In this document: piece by piece, positions 50,532-62,145 of the stretch
Position numbering within the stretch: position 1 is the stretch's first letter
Layout: each line of letters begins with the position of its first letter
Origin: Utricularia gibba
Lineage: Eukaryota; Plantae; Magnoliophyta
Assembly: GCA_002189035.1 (NCBI GenBank)
Contig: CM007990.1
Coordinates: 2,356,001 to 2,420,000, forward strand
DNA length: 64,000 nt
Direction: 5' to 3'
The notes under the pieces: generated by a model
Told to the model about the DNA's origin: nothing
What the model saw: only the letters and a program-made list of their open reading frames with translations
Databases searched by the model: none
Made by a program: the position numbers and the translations under genes

Positions 50532-51625
50532 TGATTATCAGCATAATATGCGTCTTTTATTCTTAATTGGGACTAAATGATTTAGTCTCAACATTAGTTC
50601 TAATCATTTTCTTGAGCAATACAACACGTTTTAACAGCCTAAATCCCAAAGAGTCGAAAAGTGAACAGTGAAGGTATCATGGAAAGGGGACAAAAGTTGA
50701 AAGAAGCACATCAAATGCCAATGTTGAAGAAAAAAAATAGATTTTCGGAATAATGAAGAAAGAGAAGACTATCCCTCATTGGAGAATACGCGACACAAAA
50801 TTCTGGGGGGAGGAGAGTCTAGAGGAAAAACTCACAAGATGAACAAAAAAGATGAACCAAAAACGAAACTCACTTTTGAAGACTTCTTTGGCTATGAAGG
50901 ACATTATTCATAGCTTAGAATAGTCTTGGCTTTCTCATGCAACTATTTACGATTCAAATTTTTGCTTATTTTGTTATTTCCTTTTTTGCTGTCACGTGAT
51001 GAAACGAAGATGGTTTTCCTGTTATGCAATGAAAGTATTTTTGTTTCCCTTAGTATGAATAGCTAGACATTTAAAGGTGTCTTGGGACAAAGGGAGATGA
51101 GCATGCATATTGTTCATTAAACCATATTACCATTTAATCATTCTACTTCCTTAACATACCAGGATAGATTCAAAATGGGGAGATAGTAAATTTCATCATA
51201 AATAATCCTAATTAGAGATAAACTAAAAATTAGGGAAAAATACGGATTTAGGTAGACTTGAACCTTTGCTTATTAGATGAATTATTTTAGGTTTGGATGG
51301 TATAGTTGTAGTGATTAGCATGCTATCTCTAAGTGTCTCAAGGCATCACCTTCTTTTATTTTATATAAACATCTACTTTTACTCATTTATTATCTTTCTA
51401 TACATTATCGTCAAACTACTTTAATCTTAGCTTATACTAAATCTTTTAACCATGAAAAAATCTGAATACATTAACTTTCATATAGTAAACATCTAGCTCT
51501 TTGTATTTGACCTTAGTTTATTATGCTCATATTTTTCATATAATTGATTGTGAATTATATTATAAATTTTATTTGATAAAAAAAATCTTACAATTTAACG
51601 ACGTTGCAATATTTTTCATTTATCA
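50532..51625 (+). mobile_element. Athila-type LTR (family 2, copy H), about 1.1 kb
   Basis: Colinear with 33174-33984. Ends 'atttatttgataa...aacgacgttgc...catttatCA', like family 1. No matching TSD found. Confidence 0.7.
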
Positions 51626-52720
51626 TAATCCATTCAAGTAGGGATAATCTTAATTCATCACTACAAGATTTATATTTTTTATCTAATTAACTAAATGAAT
51701 TTATTGTTTTTTATAGGAAATAATATCTAAATTTATTTAATAATATGGTAATTAACATAAAACATTTATGTTTATATGGACAAAATCTATTATGATATTA
51801 TATGATAACAAAGTTTAATATTTTACTACAAAATATAGCTATTATATTTTAACTATTATAAAAATTTAGAACAAATTAAATCATGTGATATTATGAAATC
51901 ATAAACAAATATAAATAAATTTACAAACTAACAATAATAAACAAAGAAAAATAATATTGCAATTTTACTACAAAAAAAAATATTTTTTAAGAATAAATGG
52001 TCATGCCAACAAATTATTAAAATGAGAGTATCATAGTAAATTTCAGTTTAATTTATGAAAAATGAATTAATACTTTAAAATTAATAGAATTAATTTAAGA
52101 GCATGGAGATTCACAATAACAAAATTCTGAAAAAACCAAATTAATTTTTATTTTATTATTTCATTTCATTTAGATTGACTCACATACCATAAATTTTATT
52201 CTTGTATTTTGTTACATAATATAAAAATATTATTTAAGTTGATTTGAAATCATTATTTATACCACTAATCACTACTTAAACACGGTTTACATTAAAATAT
52301 AAATTATCTCAACATATCAACAAAAAAAACCCATTTAAAAACTTATTTTAAACAAGTAAATATATTATTATTTTTCAATAATTAAACCAACCCGTTTTTA
52401 TAATTAATAATCATTTTTAATAATTTTAATATTAATAATATAGATTTCATAAAACAAAAATAATTGTTAAAAACATAAAAATATATTCAACAAAACCATT
52501 TTACTGAAAATCATTATTAAAAATACTAATTATAATATTTATAATATAATATCTATATATACATATAAATTAAAGTATGGATAATTTTCTAAATTTAAAA
52601 ACACATATTACACATAGAGGGTAATTTTCTAAACCCCATCTGGTGCGGTGGTTTGTTTTCAAAATAACTCCATGATCCTTACTGTGGACACAAACAAACA
52701 AAAAAATAAACCGCGTCAAT

Positions 52721-52744
52721 AATTAATTAATTAATTAATTAATT
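52721..52744. repeat. (AATT)6 microsatellite
   Basis: Read directly from the sequence. Confidence 0.9.
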
Positions 52745-54364
52745 CCAGTGTTATCCATCTAATCTCGCAGGAGGTGGCACCAGAGCTTGATTTATGCCCA
52801 CACGGCAAGTCAGCGTGGCATATTAATCATCGTCATTATTGTTTATTATGGTATTGATTACTTGCGTATAAACCATTGTGGCATATTTATGGGTAATATT
52901 TTAAAATTGTAATGCTATCAATGTATAAGCCATTGTCGTATATTTGGAAATTATGCGTTTATAATTGTCCAATTTATTTATTAATTCAGCATTCAAATTC
53001 GATAAATAATTTTAAAATTTATTCCTTTAAAAATTTATTATTATTTAATTTATGAATGAATTAGTCATAAATAGTATTTCAAAGGCAATTATACATTTCA
53101 TTAATTTTAGATTCGGATGTAATTAAGTTAACTGTATTTATAACATACAATCCAACATATATTTAAAATTATTTACAATAAATTTACCTCTCCTTTCCAA
53201 TTACCGGCCAATGACCCATTAAGATGCGAAGATATATTTGAGGCAGCCTTTGTTTGAAATAGGCATGAAGAATTTGTAAGCTAAGCATGAGATTGTGATG
53301 ATGATGATGACATACTTTTGGAGTTTAGTTTTCCCTCCCACTTCAAAGGCAGAGGGGAGGTGGTAGTACCATTGCCGCAGCATACATCGGATCTTACGGC
53401 ACAAGAGTCAATGGAGAAGAAGTCATAGGTGCTGGAAATTTGATACTGTAGAAGAGATGTATAATCCCATATTCATAATTGAAATTCATTTCAACTAATT
53501 TATGTAATATGACACATTTTTAGCTTTGATTAGTTTGAAAATGAGTTGAGTTTGGTCTACATATAAGATTTAATTTATTAGATTAGATTGGATTTTCGAA
53601 AATCAATTGAAACCCAATTCTATCCCCAAAGCCTCTAGTAGTTGCATGTGGATAGGTGAACCCATTGATCGTTTTTGGTTCAAATCGATTAGGTTTAGAT
53701 ATTTATATAGTCAACATGTTCAATTGATTTATGAATGTCGAAATTTTGTTTTCGATAGGTCTCTTAAATTCTAAAATATGAAGAAATCTTTTAAAACAAT
53801 GTGTATGCGTACTTAAAATTTTGATCGTTTTCTTGTTTTGATGTTTGATTTTCAAGAATAGTTGCAATGAATAAGATAACTCCAATTCCAAAACCTACAC
53901 ATGGGTGGGTTAATATGTATGGGGTAATCTAATCTAGTCTCGAGGTTAGTTAAGAAGACATTCTGAATCACACGCCACCCCACCCCCCGACATCACCATC
54001 ACTGGACCAATCCATCCAATCACACTCCAACAACATTTAATTGCACACAACCTGCCGGAGCCATTTCACGCCTCTCGGGTTTCTGTGTGCAGATCGGAAA
54101 CTCCATTCCATTTCATTCAACACAAATAATGTTTTCCATGAGTACAAGCAGCAGAAAGAGGCGACACAGAAAGAAGAATAACCGGGCCGGCAAAGTAGCA
54201 TGCACAGGATCATTGTCTTATCTTGCGCCTGCCTCCCTGCTACACTAGACGGACATCAACACCCACACACACACAATTCGTACATACATCATCGACTAAT
54301 CATAGTAGAAAACACCAAGATAATCCATAATTCACATATCGCAGATCAATCAGATTCCTCCCTT

Positions 54365-54835
54365 TCATTTCGTTTCCACGGTGGCTTCAGGGGCTGGAGC
54401 TGCTTCGGTGGGTTCCGGGGCCGGAGCCGGAGCCGGAGCTGGGACCTTGGGCTTTTTGGCGAATACCTTCTTGGCCTTGATGATCGATTGCTTCAAGGCA
54501 GCGATGATATTTTTAGCTTGCTTCGAAGGCTTGGATGTCTTCACTTCCTCAACAACCTTGACTTCCTCAGCCTTGGCTTCTTCGACAGCAACTTCAGTCT
54601 TCTCCGCAACCGGTGCCTCAGATTTGGGCTCCTCCACAACGGCTGCAGCAACCTCCTTTGCTATCTCAGCCACAGCAACAGACTCTACTTCAGTTTTCTT
54701 GACCTCGGATTCCTAATACACAAACCAACGGAGTCAGCAAACAAGTTTTGAAGGGGGAAACAGTAAGAAAACACACCCACGCCCACATAAGATTTAAGGG
54801 CAAAGGAGCAATGGAGATAGCACCTCATTCGCCAT
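54365..54835 (-). CDS. Small Glu/Ala/Val/Pro-rich protein of unknown function, 119 aa
   Basis: Exon 1 54835-54824 (MANE|gtgcta) and exon 2 54712-54365 (tgtattag|ESEVKKTEVESVAVAEIAKEVAAAVVEEPK...NIIAALKQSIIKAKKVFAKKPKVPAPAPAPAPEPTEAAPAPEATVETK*). GT-AG phase-0 intron, gene-like GC content, plausible UTRs. Confidence 0.8.
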
Positions 54836-55749
54836 AGATGCACAGAGGAGGATGTTGCTGTTGCCCAAAGAGAATGAAAGTCGGGAATCTTTGGAGAGGG
54901 AAAAGCAAGTGGGAGGCGTGAGAGAATGAATATGAATATTGATAAAATGTGCCAGAAAGAAATACAGCAAAGGAATGGAATGGGGGGGTCTCAACTCTCA
55001 GCGCAGCTCACAGATTTGAAAAAATAGAAAGAAAAAGAAAAAAAAAAGATATCATTTTCTAGGAGAGAACAGCGGGGCTGGGCAGGGACTCTCCTCCCCC
55101 TTGGGCGATGCCAATGTTACTTTCACATGATCGATGATCTGTCACAAGACCCACCATCCAACCAAATGACAAAACACACAGAAACTTCACATTTGTGTAA
55201 GAAAATATGCTATACATGTTGCAGGAATTGTACCAAGAGAAACAGGAAAGCAAGAAATCACACACAACAACTCCACTCCCTACAAGAGTAGGGAATTTGT
55301 TAGCTGACTGCAACAAGTCCCAATTTTTTGAGTAACACTGGCATAAGATTATAAAAGTCTATTCAGGAGATTACACACTAAATTTTGGCCAAATTAAGTT
55401 AAGAAAAAATATACTGCCAGGACTGATACTAATCTAACAACCTTGGATTGAAACCCAATTTTATAAAGTTTTGATTAACATGACCATGATCAAATTATTC
55501 ATTGCGGCGCACCAACCTACTCGACCCACAGGCCTTCTATTTTTTAAATAATTATTTTTATAAAATTATTAATTTGCAATTTAAATATGACTGTTAATTA
55601 AATAATTAACACAAACTAAATTTAAAATTATAATGTGACTTTATCAGCTCTCATTATTTATCTAAAAAATAATATAATATATTCAAAATGAATTAAAAAT
55701 CATTCAAAAATAAAAATAAAAATAATATTTAAAAGCATGAAAAATGATT

Positions 55750-56400
55750 TTGTATCATTCTAAAATATGTTTTTTTCATCAATTTTTAAAATAATTTTTA
55801 CCTACTTTATGTTCTATTTTTTATTATTTTTTTATTAATTTTATATCTTATATAGTAATTTAATCTTAAAAGAAAGAAAATGTATGTTATGATTTTTAAG
55901 ATATTTTCAGATCAAATTAATAAAAAAATCAACACCAAATAATTTATGGGTTCCAAATTGCACAAATTTGAATCCAAAAGGAGTTATATAAATGAAGATT
56001 TGATCTAAGATTTCAAATTTACATAAATAATTGAAAATAATCTTAAAAAAATTGGATATAATATTTTATTCAAACTTATTATACAAATCTAATAACACAT
56101 TTAATTTTTTCTTTTATAAATACCTTATTTTCTCCATAATTAGAAACATCTTTTGACTAATTTTCTTTTTTACTTTTCATATTTTTCATATTTTTCATGT
56201 TTATTGATATGTTTTAGTCAATCATGAAAATTTAGTACAAACTTTTTGCATTTACAACTAAAGATCTATGATGAAATCTTAATATTTATTATTATGAAAA
56301 TTTAGCACAAAATTTATTAAACTTCAAATTCGACCGATGATTAAATTTGATATCTTTTTAAAATTCTACAATCTCAAGTAACTTATACATAAATGTGACT
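55750..56400 (+). mobile_element. Heavily eroded copy of the family-3 LTR in the divergent intergenic region
   Basis: 'cctactttatg...ttaattttatatctta...aatttatggg...atccaaaaggag' aligns by eye with 985-1170 and with the 5' part of 59975-61123. Boundaries approximate. Confidence 0.45.
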
Positions 56401-56649
56401 CATTGATATTTTAATTAACAGAATTTTTAATTAAATTCTAAAAATGTATATTTAAGTTGACATAAATTATGTTGTAAATGAAATTGGTGATTTATATTAT
56501 GTAAAATATAATTCCATATAACATAGAAAAAAATAGTATTATTTGATAAACATTATAATAAAATAGTAATATTTTACAAATAGGATTATTTGATGAATAA
56601 GTTTTTTGGAGGAGGCTATTTTGCTAAAAATCTCCTCAAAAGTTTAGTT

Positions 56650-56657
56650 TTTGCCGC
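56650..56657 (+). promoter_or_regulatory. E2F consensus site (TTTSSCGS) upstream of NEAP
   Basis: TTTGCCGC sits at the AT-rich to CpG-rich transition, about 440 nt upstream of the ATG. Function untested. Confidence 0.35.
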
Positions 56658-57095
56658 GCTCTCGCGTTCCGAACCAAAGGTTCGAATCTCACCTCCCGTT
56701 CAAGCTCAGGCTCGGTCCCGAACCTGTCTGACAGGGCGATAATCACGACCCTTCCTCAAACACTCCCTGCATTCTCACCCGTCGATCGTCTTTCGCAGCC
56801 CAAATTATACCACAAATTGATAGGAAAATTGAGTCAGCCGACTTCTCCGCCTCGTGTCTCTGCCTCCGTTCACTCGGTTCACTCCTCTTGTTTCCGATTG
56901 CAGCCGTAGCTCCGGAAAATTCCACTTCTTTCGAGGTTATTCTTCGCTTCTCTCTCTCTCTCTCGAGCTCTGGCTCTTGCATCTCAGCATGCTCTTTTGC
57001 TTGGCAAGTTTCTCCTGAGGGTTTTTGGGGGCAATTTTTCTTTTGCGGGGATGCTTCTGTTTTGATTAAAGCTTTACATTTGAAGGTTTGTGAGC

Positions 57096-58927
57096 ATGTC
57101 AGCGTCCGAAAAACCGTCGTCGGTAGAGGTCGATCCGTTGTTAAAGGATTTGAGTGAAAAGAAGCAGAGTGTCCGGCAGAGCGTGGTTTCACTCGCGTTG
57201 GAGCTCAAAGATGTCCGAAGCCGGTTAGCTTCTCGAGAGCAGTGCGTGGCCAGAGAAGTTCATATTAGGCAGGCACGGTGATGTGATTTTGAGGCTAATT
57301 CAGTGTCGTTGTTGGGATTTTAAATTTTGAATTTTATTTTGAGTCTATCCCAGATGATCTGTGCCTATAGCGGCACAGCATCGTTTCTTATTTGAATTAC
57401 ATTCACTTTTTATTCTGGTTCCTAATTTTAACTTCATTCTCTTGAGACCAATGATTCAAACGGTCAAATCATGTACAGGTTAACTATGTAATTTCTTTCT
57501 TTAGGAAGCTGAAACCAAGGCCAAGATGATGGAGAGTGAGATTAGCAGGCTACAGAGAAACCTAAAAGAGAAAAATTGTCAGCTGGACGCTTCCACTTCT
57601 GCTGCTGAGAGGGTAACCTTTTATGCTTCTGCTTTATTTTATTTCAATAAGAAAGTTGAATAATGTTCTGAAATTTAAAAATTATTGACCCCCCCCCCTC
57701 CCTACCCCTCCCCCTCCCATATCTGTCGTAAAATCCTGCCTGTGTGTATTGCACAGCGTCCTTTCCCTTATTATTTGCACAGAGAGAAGTCAAGTCGAGA
57801 ATGTTGTGATGTCTATTTAGCTATGATTTATGAATCATTTACTGCACTTCACTCTTAAATAATGTATTTCAGTTTCTATGTGAGTGAATGTGGTAGATTC
57901 GAAATTTAAATCAACTGAATATTTTTTGGTGCCATCCGGACAGTTAACTTATTTCGGTTGTTCATTCACTTTAATCCATCTTCTACTCGTTGTTTACATA
58001 TTCTATTCTGCACATCTCTGGGTGTTCTCTGCTGCAGTTTGTTGAAGAGATGAATGATTTGAGATTTGAGTTTGCTGCAACTAAAGAAATTGCCCATGCG
58101 AGTTCCCAGTCAGCTCAATCTGCACATGAAATGTGTTCAGCACTTGTTAAGGAAATAGAAGATAAAGTTTTTTATTTGAAAGAGCATGAGATCCGTGTGA
58201 CTAAGCTTGAAGAACAATTACAATTTCTGGTGAAGGATCTTCATGCCTGTGAATTTTCTCGAATTCAACTTAAAGATGAAGTCTCAAGAATTGAGCATGG
58301 AATCATGCAAGCATTGACAATTTTTGGATCAAATATAGATTGTGAGCTTCAGAAAATTTTAGAGGAGACCTCTCTTGACAGGATCAACGAGCTTTTTGCT
58401 ATAAAAGATGAAGAAATAGCTAACCTGAGAAATGATCTAAGGATTGTATCAGCCCATTGCAAGATTAAAACTAAAGAAATGGAATCTCAGGTTGCTTTTT
58501 CTTCATTTTTTTTTTTTTTGTATCAGCCTTTATCTCATTGCTGGTATCCCACTGTAAATTAAAATTCATTTTCTTCAACAGCTAGAAAGGCAGCGCCGCG
58601 TGGATCAGGAGTTGAAGAAAAAAGTCCTAAAGTTAGAGTTCTTTCTCCAAGAGGCAAGAGCTGAAATCCGCAAGATACAAAAAGTAGGTGTTATCCCACT
58701 TGGTTAAGTGTTTCTGGAGCCATGCATTGCTAATTAATTGATCCTTGTATTTCTTGTAGATGGGTGAGAAAAGGGACAAAACTCTGAAGGAATTGAGAGA
58801 CCAGTTAGATATTGAACAGGCAAGTGCATCATCAATCGGTGGAAAACATAATTTTTGGGAGACTGCAGGTTTCAAGATTGCCGTTTCAATGTCCGTGTTG
58901 GTCTTGGTTGTGTTGACAAAGCGGTAA
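57096..58927 (+). CDS. NEAP: Nuclear envelope-associated protein (NEAP family), coiled-coil with C-terminal TM, 335 aa
   Basis: Exons 57096-57272 (GC donor), 57505-57612, 58038-58490, 58582-58683 and 58760-58927. '[28 protein letters not shown]', '[23 protein letters not shown]' and the terminal '[24 protein letters not shown]' match the Arabidopsis NEAP pattern (FWDNSGFKIVVSMSML.LVV.SKR). A 5'-UTR intron is likely (acceptor ttgaag at about 57085). Confidence 0.93.
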
Positions 58928-59974
58928 CTAAATGGGACTATGCTTTGCCCCTTCACATGTATCATGTAGTCTATATGGACAGTATAGACATTGAGGGCAA
59001 TGGCCAATTTTTCATTCTTTCATGCTGTCAAGCCCCAATCCCAAGCGCCACTCCGACAGACACAGGAGGATGCGCTTAGCTTTATCATTTGCTCAATCCC
59101 AAGCAACACGAAACCCAAGGATGCCGTAGCCCAAGACCTTCACCAGATTTTCTCATGTCGATCGTTAGGTGGATCTGACTTTCTATTCTCTCTTTTTTGT
59201 GTAGCTAGTCAAGGGATTGTAGACTTTTTGTAAGTTAGCCGTTGGCAAATTATGGGACATAAACCCCACTTGTGGAACTTTTAGGTATGTTGAATCCCAA
59301 GTTATTTGTTCTTCCCCAGATTTTCCATCTTCAATCCCTCAATTTTTTTCTCCATTCCTTGCTATCTTAACATTTGGTATTACAGCCAACATTGGCTCCT
59401 GGCCTCCTAAGGAGATTTGCTTTGCACGAAGATCAAATAAGTTCTCTAAAAATTGCTATGGAAGAAACTCAATTTCATGAAGACCTATCTGATTTTGCTT
59501 ACTTAATTTGAAGATTTCTCGTATTTTTTGGACAATTTTTGTAATATTAACCCAGTTGAGGGCAAATATGAAAAGCAATCTTATACACTATGAATGATTC
59601 AATTAAAAATATATTGAAAACCCTTAAATACAAAAAAATGATAACCCAAGAAATAGGAAAAAATAGGAGTATTTAGACACTAGAACTGAGCACAAATACA
59701 GATCGATCCATGATGGGTCAGACTTGTTATTCGCACCCATAAAAAATGGATACAGGACAAGTCCGTAGTGCACGAGTATGAGTTGATTTGGTGAGTTAGT
59801 GATATTGAACCTATAATAGAACTCAACAACAACAGATTACTTTTTATTAAAAAACCTTTAGCAGCTCAAATGTTGGGTTTAGAACAACTCAATTGAAATC
59901 CAATGAAATTGAGTATAAATACATGGTCTATGAATGAGTTTGAATTTTTTGGCCTTTAATTAATTTTAGTTGAA

Positions 59975-61123
59975 TGATAAGTGATTTTGTGTCGTTCCAA
60001 AACATGTCTTTCCACTACTCTTTAATGTTGTTTTTACTTATCTTAGACCCCACTTTCTCATTATTCTCAATTGATTTTACATCTTTCATATTACTTTGAT
60101 CTTTTTGGAGAGAAAGTGTATTTTGTGGATTTTTAGGGTACTTTTGGATCAATTTGAAGAGAAATCAAGACCCACCAAATTATGGGCTTGATGGACCACG
60201 AATCTCAACCCAAGACTCGGTCAACCGATGAAGATTTGGTCCAAGATTCGTGGATAACACAGAGATATGAAGATGATCTTCGAAGATTTGAATAAAAGAT
60301 TTGGATAGAAGATCTTATCCAAGCTCATCAAATAAGCTCAATACGAAGACTTGGATTGACTCTCCTATAAATACCCCACCCTCTCAACCATTAGAAACTT
60401 CTTTGACCACTTTTCCTTTGCATCTTTCCTATTTTTGTGTCTATTTTCATGTTAGAGTCGAGTCTGCGCGTATAGGCGCTTGCGGATGAGAATCTGCGGT
60501 GAAGCCTTGCTTGCGCAAGTCCTGCGCGTGTGACTGTTTTACTATGTTTTTCGACATTTAAATTGAGGTTTGATTCTGTTTTTCGCAACGTTTTCTTTAT
60601 CAACGTGCTCTTTAGTATCACATAACCCGAAGAGAGTGTGAGAGAATCAAAGGTTGGCCTCAAGCATCTAAGGAGAAGGGCTCAATCGGACATCATTGGT
60701 AAGGCACATTCTGTCTAATCTGTCTGTGAGATGTGAGATGTAGGGGTTAGATTTGGGTGTGGGGAAAACATGGGTTATCAAAAGAGGTGAAATGGCTCTG
60801 GTGGCGTAGTTGATTCCATAATCCCACAAAACAAGGGACGGTGCTATAATGGTCACCGAGTAGCACTACTTTAGCATAACACCCCAGAGCTTGCGCAAGC
60901 AGGTCAGTCTTCAAGGTTTGTACACACGCAAGGGCGAGTTTCAAGTAAGGTGGATCTTAGATCCAAGACCACTTTTATTATTGTCTTCAAAACCCAATCT
61001 TTCTTTTATTTTCAATCTCTTTAAATCTTTGTTTTGAAAAGAATATTCCAATAACAATTCCCTGTGGATACGATCTTATTTTATTACTTCGACGGTTTCT
61101 GTACACTTGCAGAATCACTATCA
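59975..61123 (+). mobile_element. Solo LTR (family 3, copy F), 1149 bp
   Basis: Termini TGATA...CTATCA with exact TSD TTGAA at 59970-59974 and 61124-61128. TATA 'cctataaata' at about 60364. Confidence 0.93.
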
Positions 61124-62145
61124 TTGAACATCCTACTAACTATTCATTGCACATTCGGAGATTAATTCCGATTTATTGAAGGTTTTCAGACCACAATTGG
61201 AGACATGGCTATTTATGGTGTATGTTAATTGAATGAATCAATTATGTGGTTTTAATTGTAGAAAAAAATCCTACACTACATTGCAATTCAACATTTGCGG
61301 TGCTTGGAATATGTACCATAGTTTAACGTTACTGGTGCCTAGCACTAGCAAACTAGTTCTTTGATGTCCATGCACCGCAATTCAACATTTGCAGTGCCTG
61401 GAATATGCAAACTGATTCTTTAGAATATATATATTTTTTAAAAATATATAATGACCCGGTTCAACCCATGACTTGGAACGAATCAAAGTGTTTGACCCAT
61501 CGACTCGTACCCCTTGAGTCATAGAATTTTTTCCTAACTCAGTGGCTTCGACTTGTAACCCATCAAGTCAAACTCGTGTCTAGCTTTATTACAGACTAGT
61601 AAAAATTTTATTAACAATGTAGTGAAAATATGAACGAAGTGTAGAAAATGAAAGATGAGTTTCTCCAACTTAAGAGAGGAATTTTCCCTTCTTGAAGATG
61701 TTATCCTTTAGCAAAATGCTAATCCTTGTTTCCTTTTTCTTCCTTACTTATAAACTTACTTAAAGATTATGACAAGATATGACTTTTCTTTTTTACCATC
61801 TAATTTGAGCAAATGTTTTGTACTGGCAATATATTCCCCTATTTTGGGGAAAACCATTCTTAGTAGATTCAACAAAATATTCATAGCTTGTTATGATGTG
61901 GACAAACACAAAAAACTTGACATCGAGCTATTGGGAGAATCTTCATCAATAATCCCTATTAGCCCTTGTTGGGTTAACCCTAGGTGTATACTACCTTGCT
62001 AGGTAGATTGCTACCTCTCTCAAGCATGTGCGGTGGAGGTGATCACAGTACCCATGTATAGCAGATGGTCATTTATTAGGAAGGAAAATGAAAGTTATAT
62101 TAAAGATGTGTGGCATGTAGTATAAACATGTGAGCAATTTGGTAT

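Noticed and set aside
53579-53936. 11-bp inverted repeat TAGATTAGATT / AATCTAATCTA as MITE ends
   Set aside because: Low-complexity repeat with no TSD; could be chance.
54200-54751. 183-aa and 111-aa plus-strand ORFs
   Set aside because: Antisense shadows of the low-complexity minus-strand gene, which has proper splice sites and a coherent composition.
56679-56688. GGTTCGAATC, resembling a tRNA T-loop / Pol III B box
   Set aside because: No T-stem beyond 2 bp, no cloverleaf and no A box; it is part of a short palindrome.
56743-57192. 149-aa minus-strand ORF and 89-aa plus-strand ORF at the NEAP 5' end
   Set aside because: They overlap the NEAP 5' UTR, its CT-rich intron and exon 1, and show no recognisable protein features.
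61620-62100. 'KKLDIE' in a 77-aa ORF suggesting a LINE reverse transcriptase
   Set aside because: No other LINE RT motifs in frame; similarity is too short to support a call.
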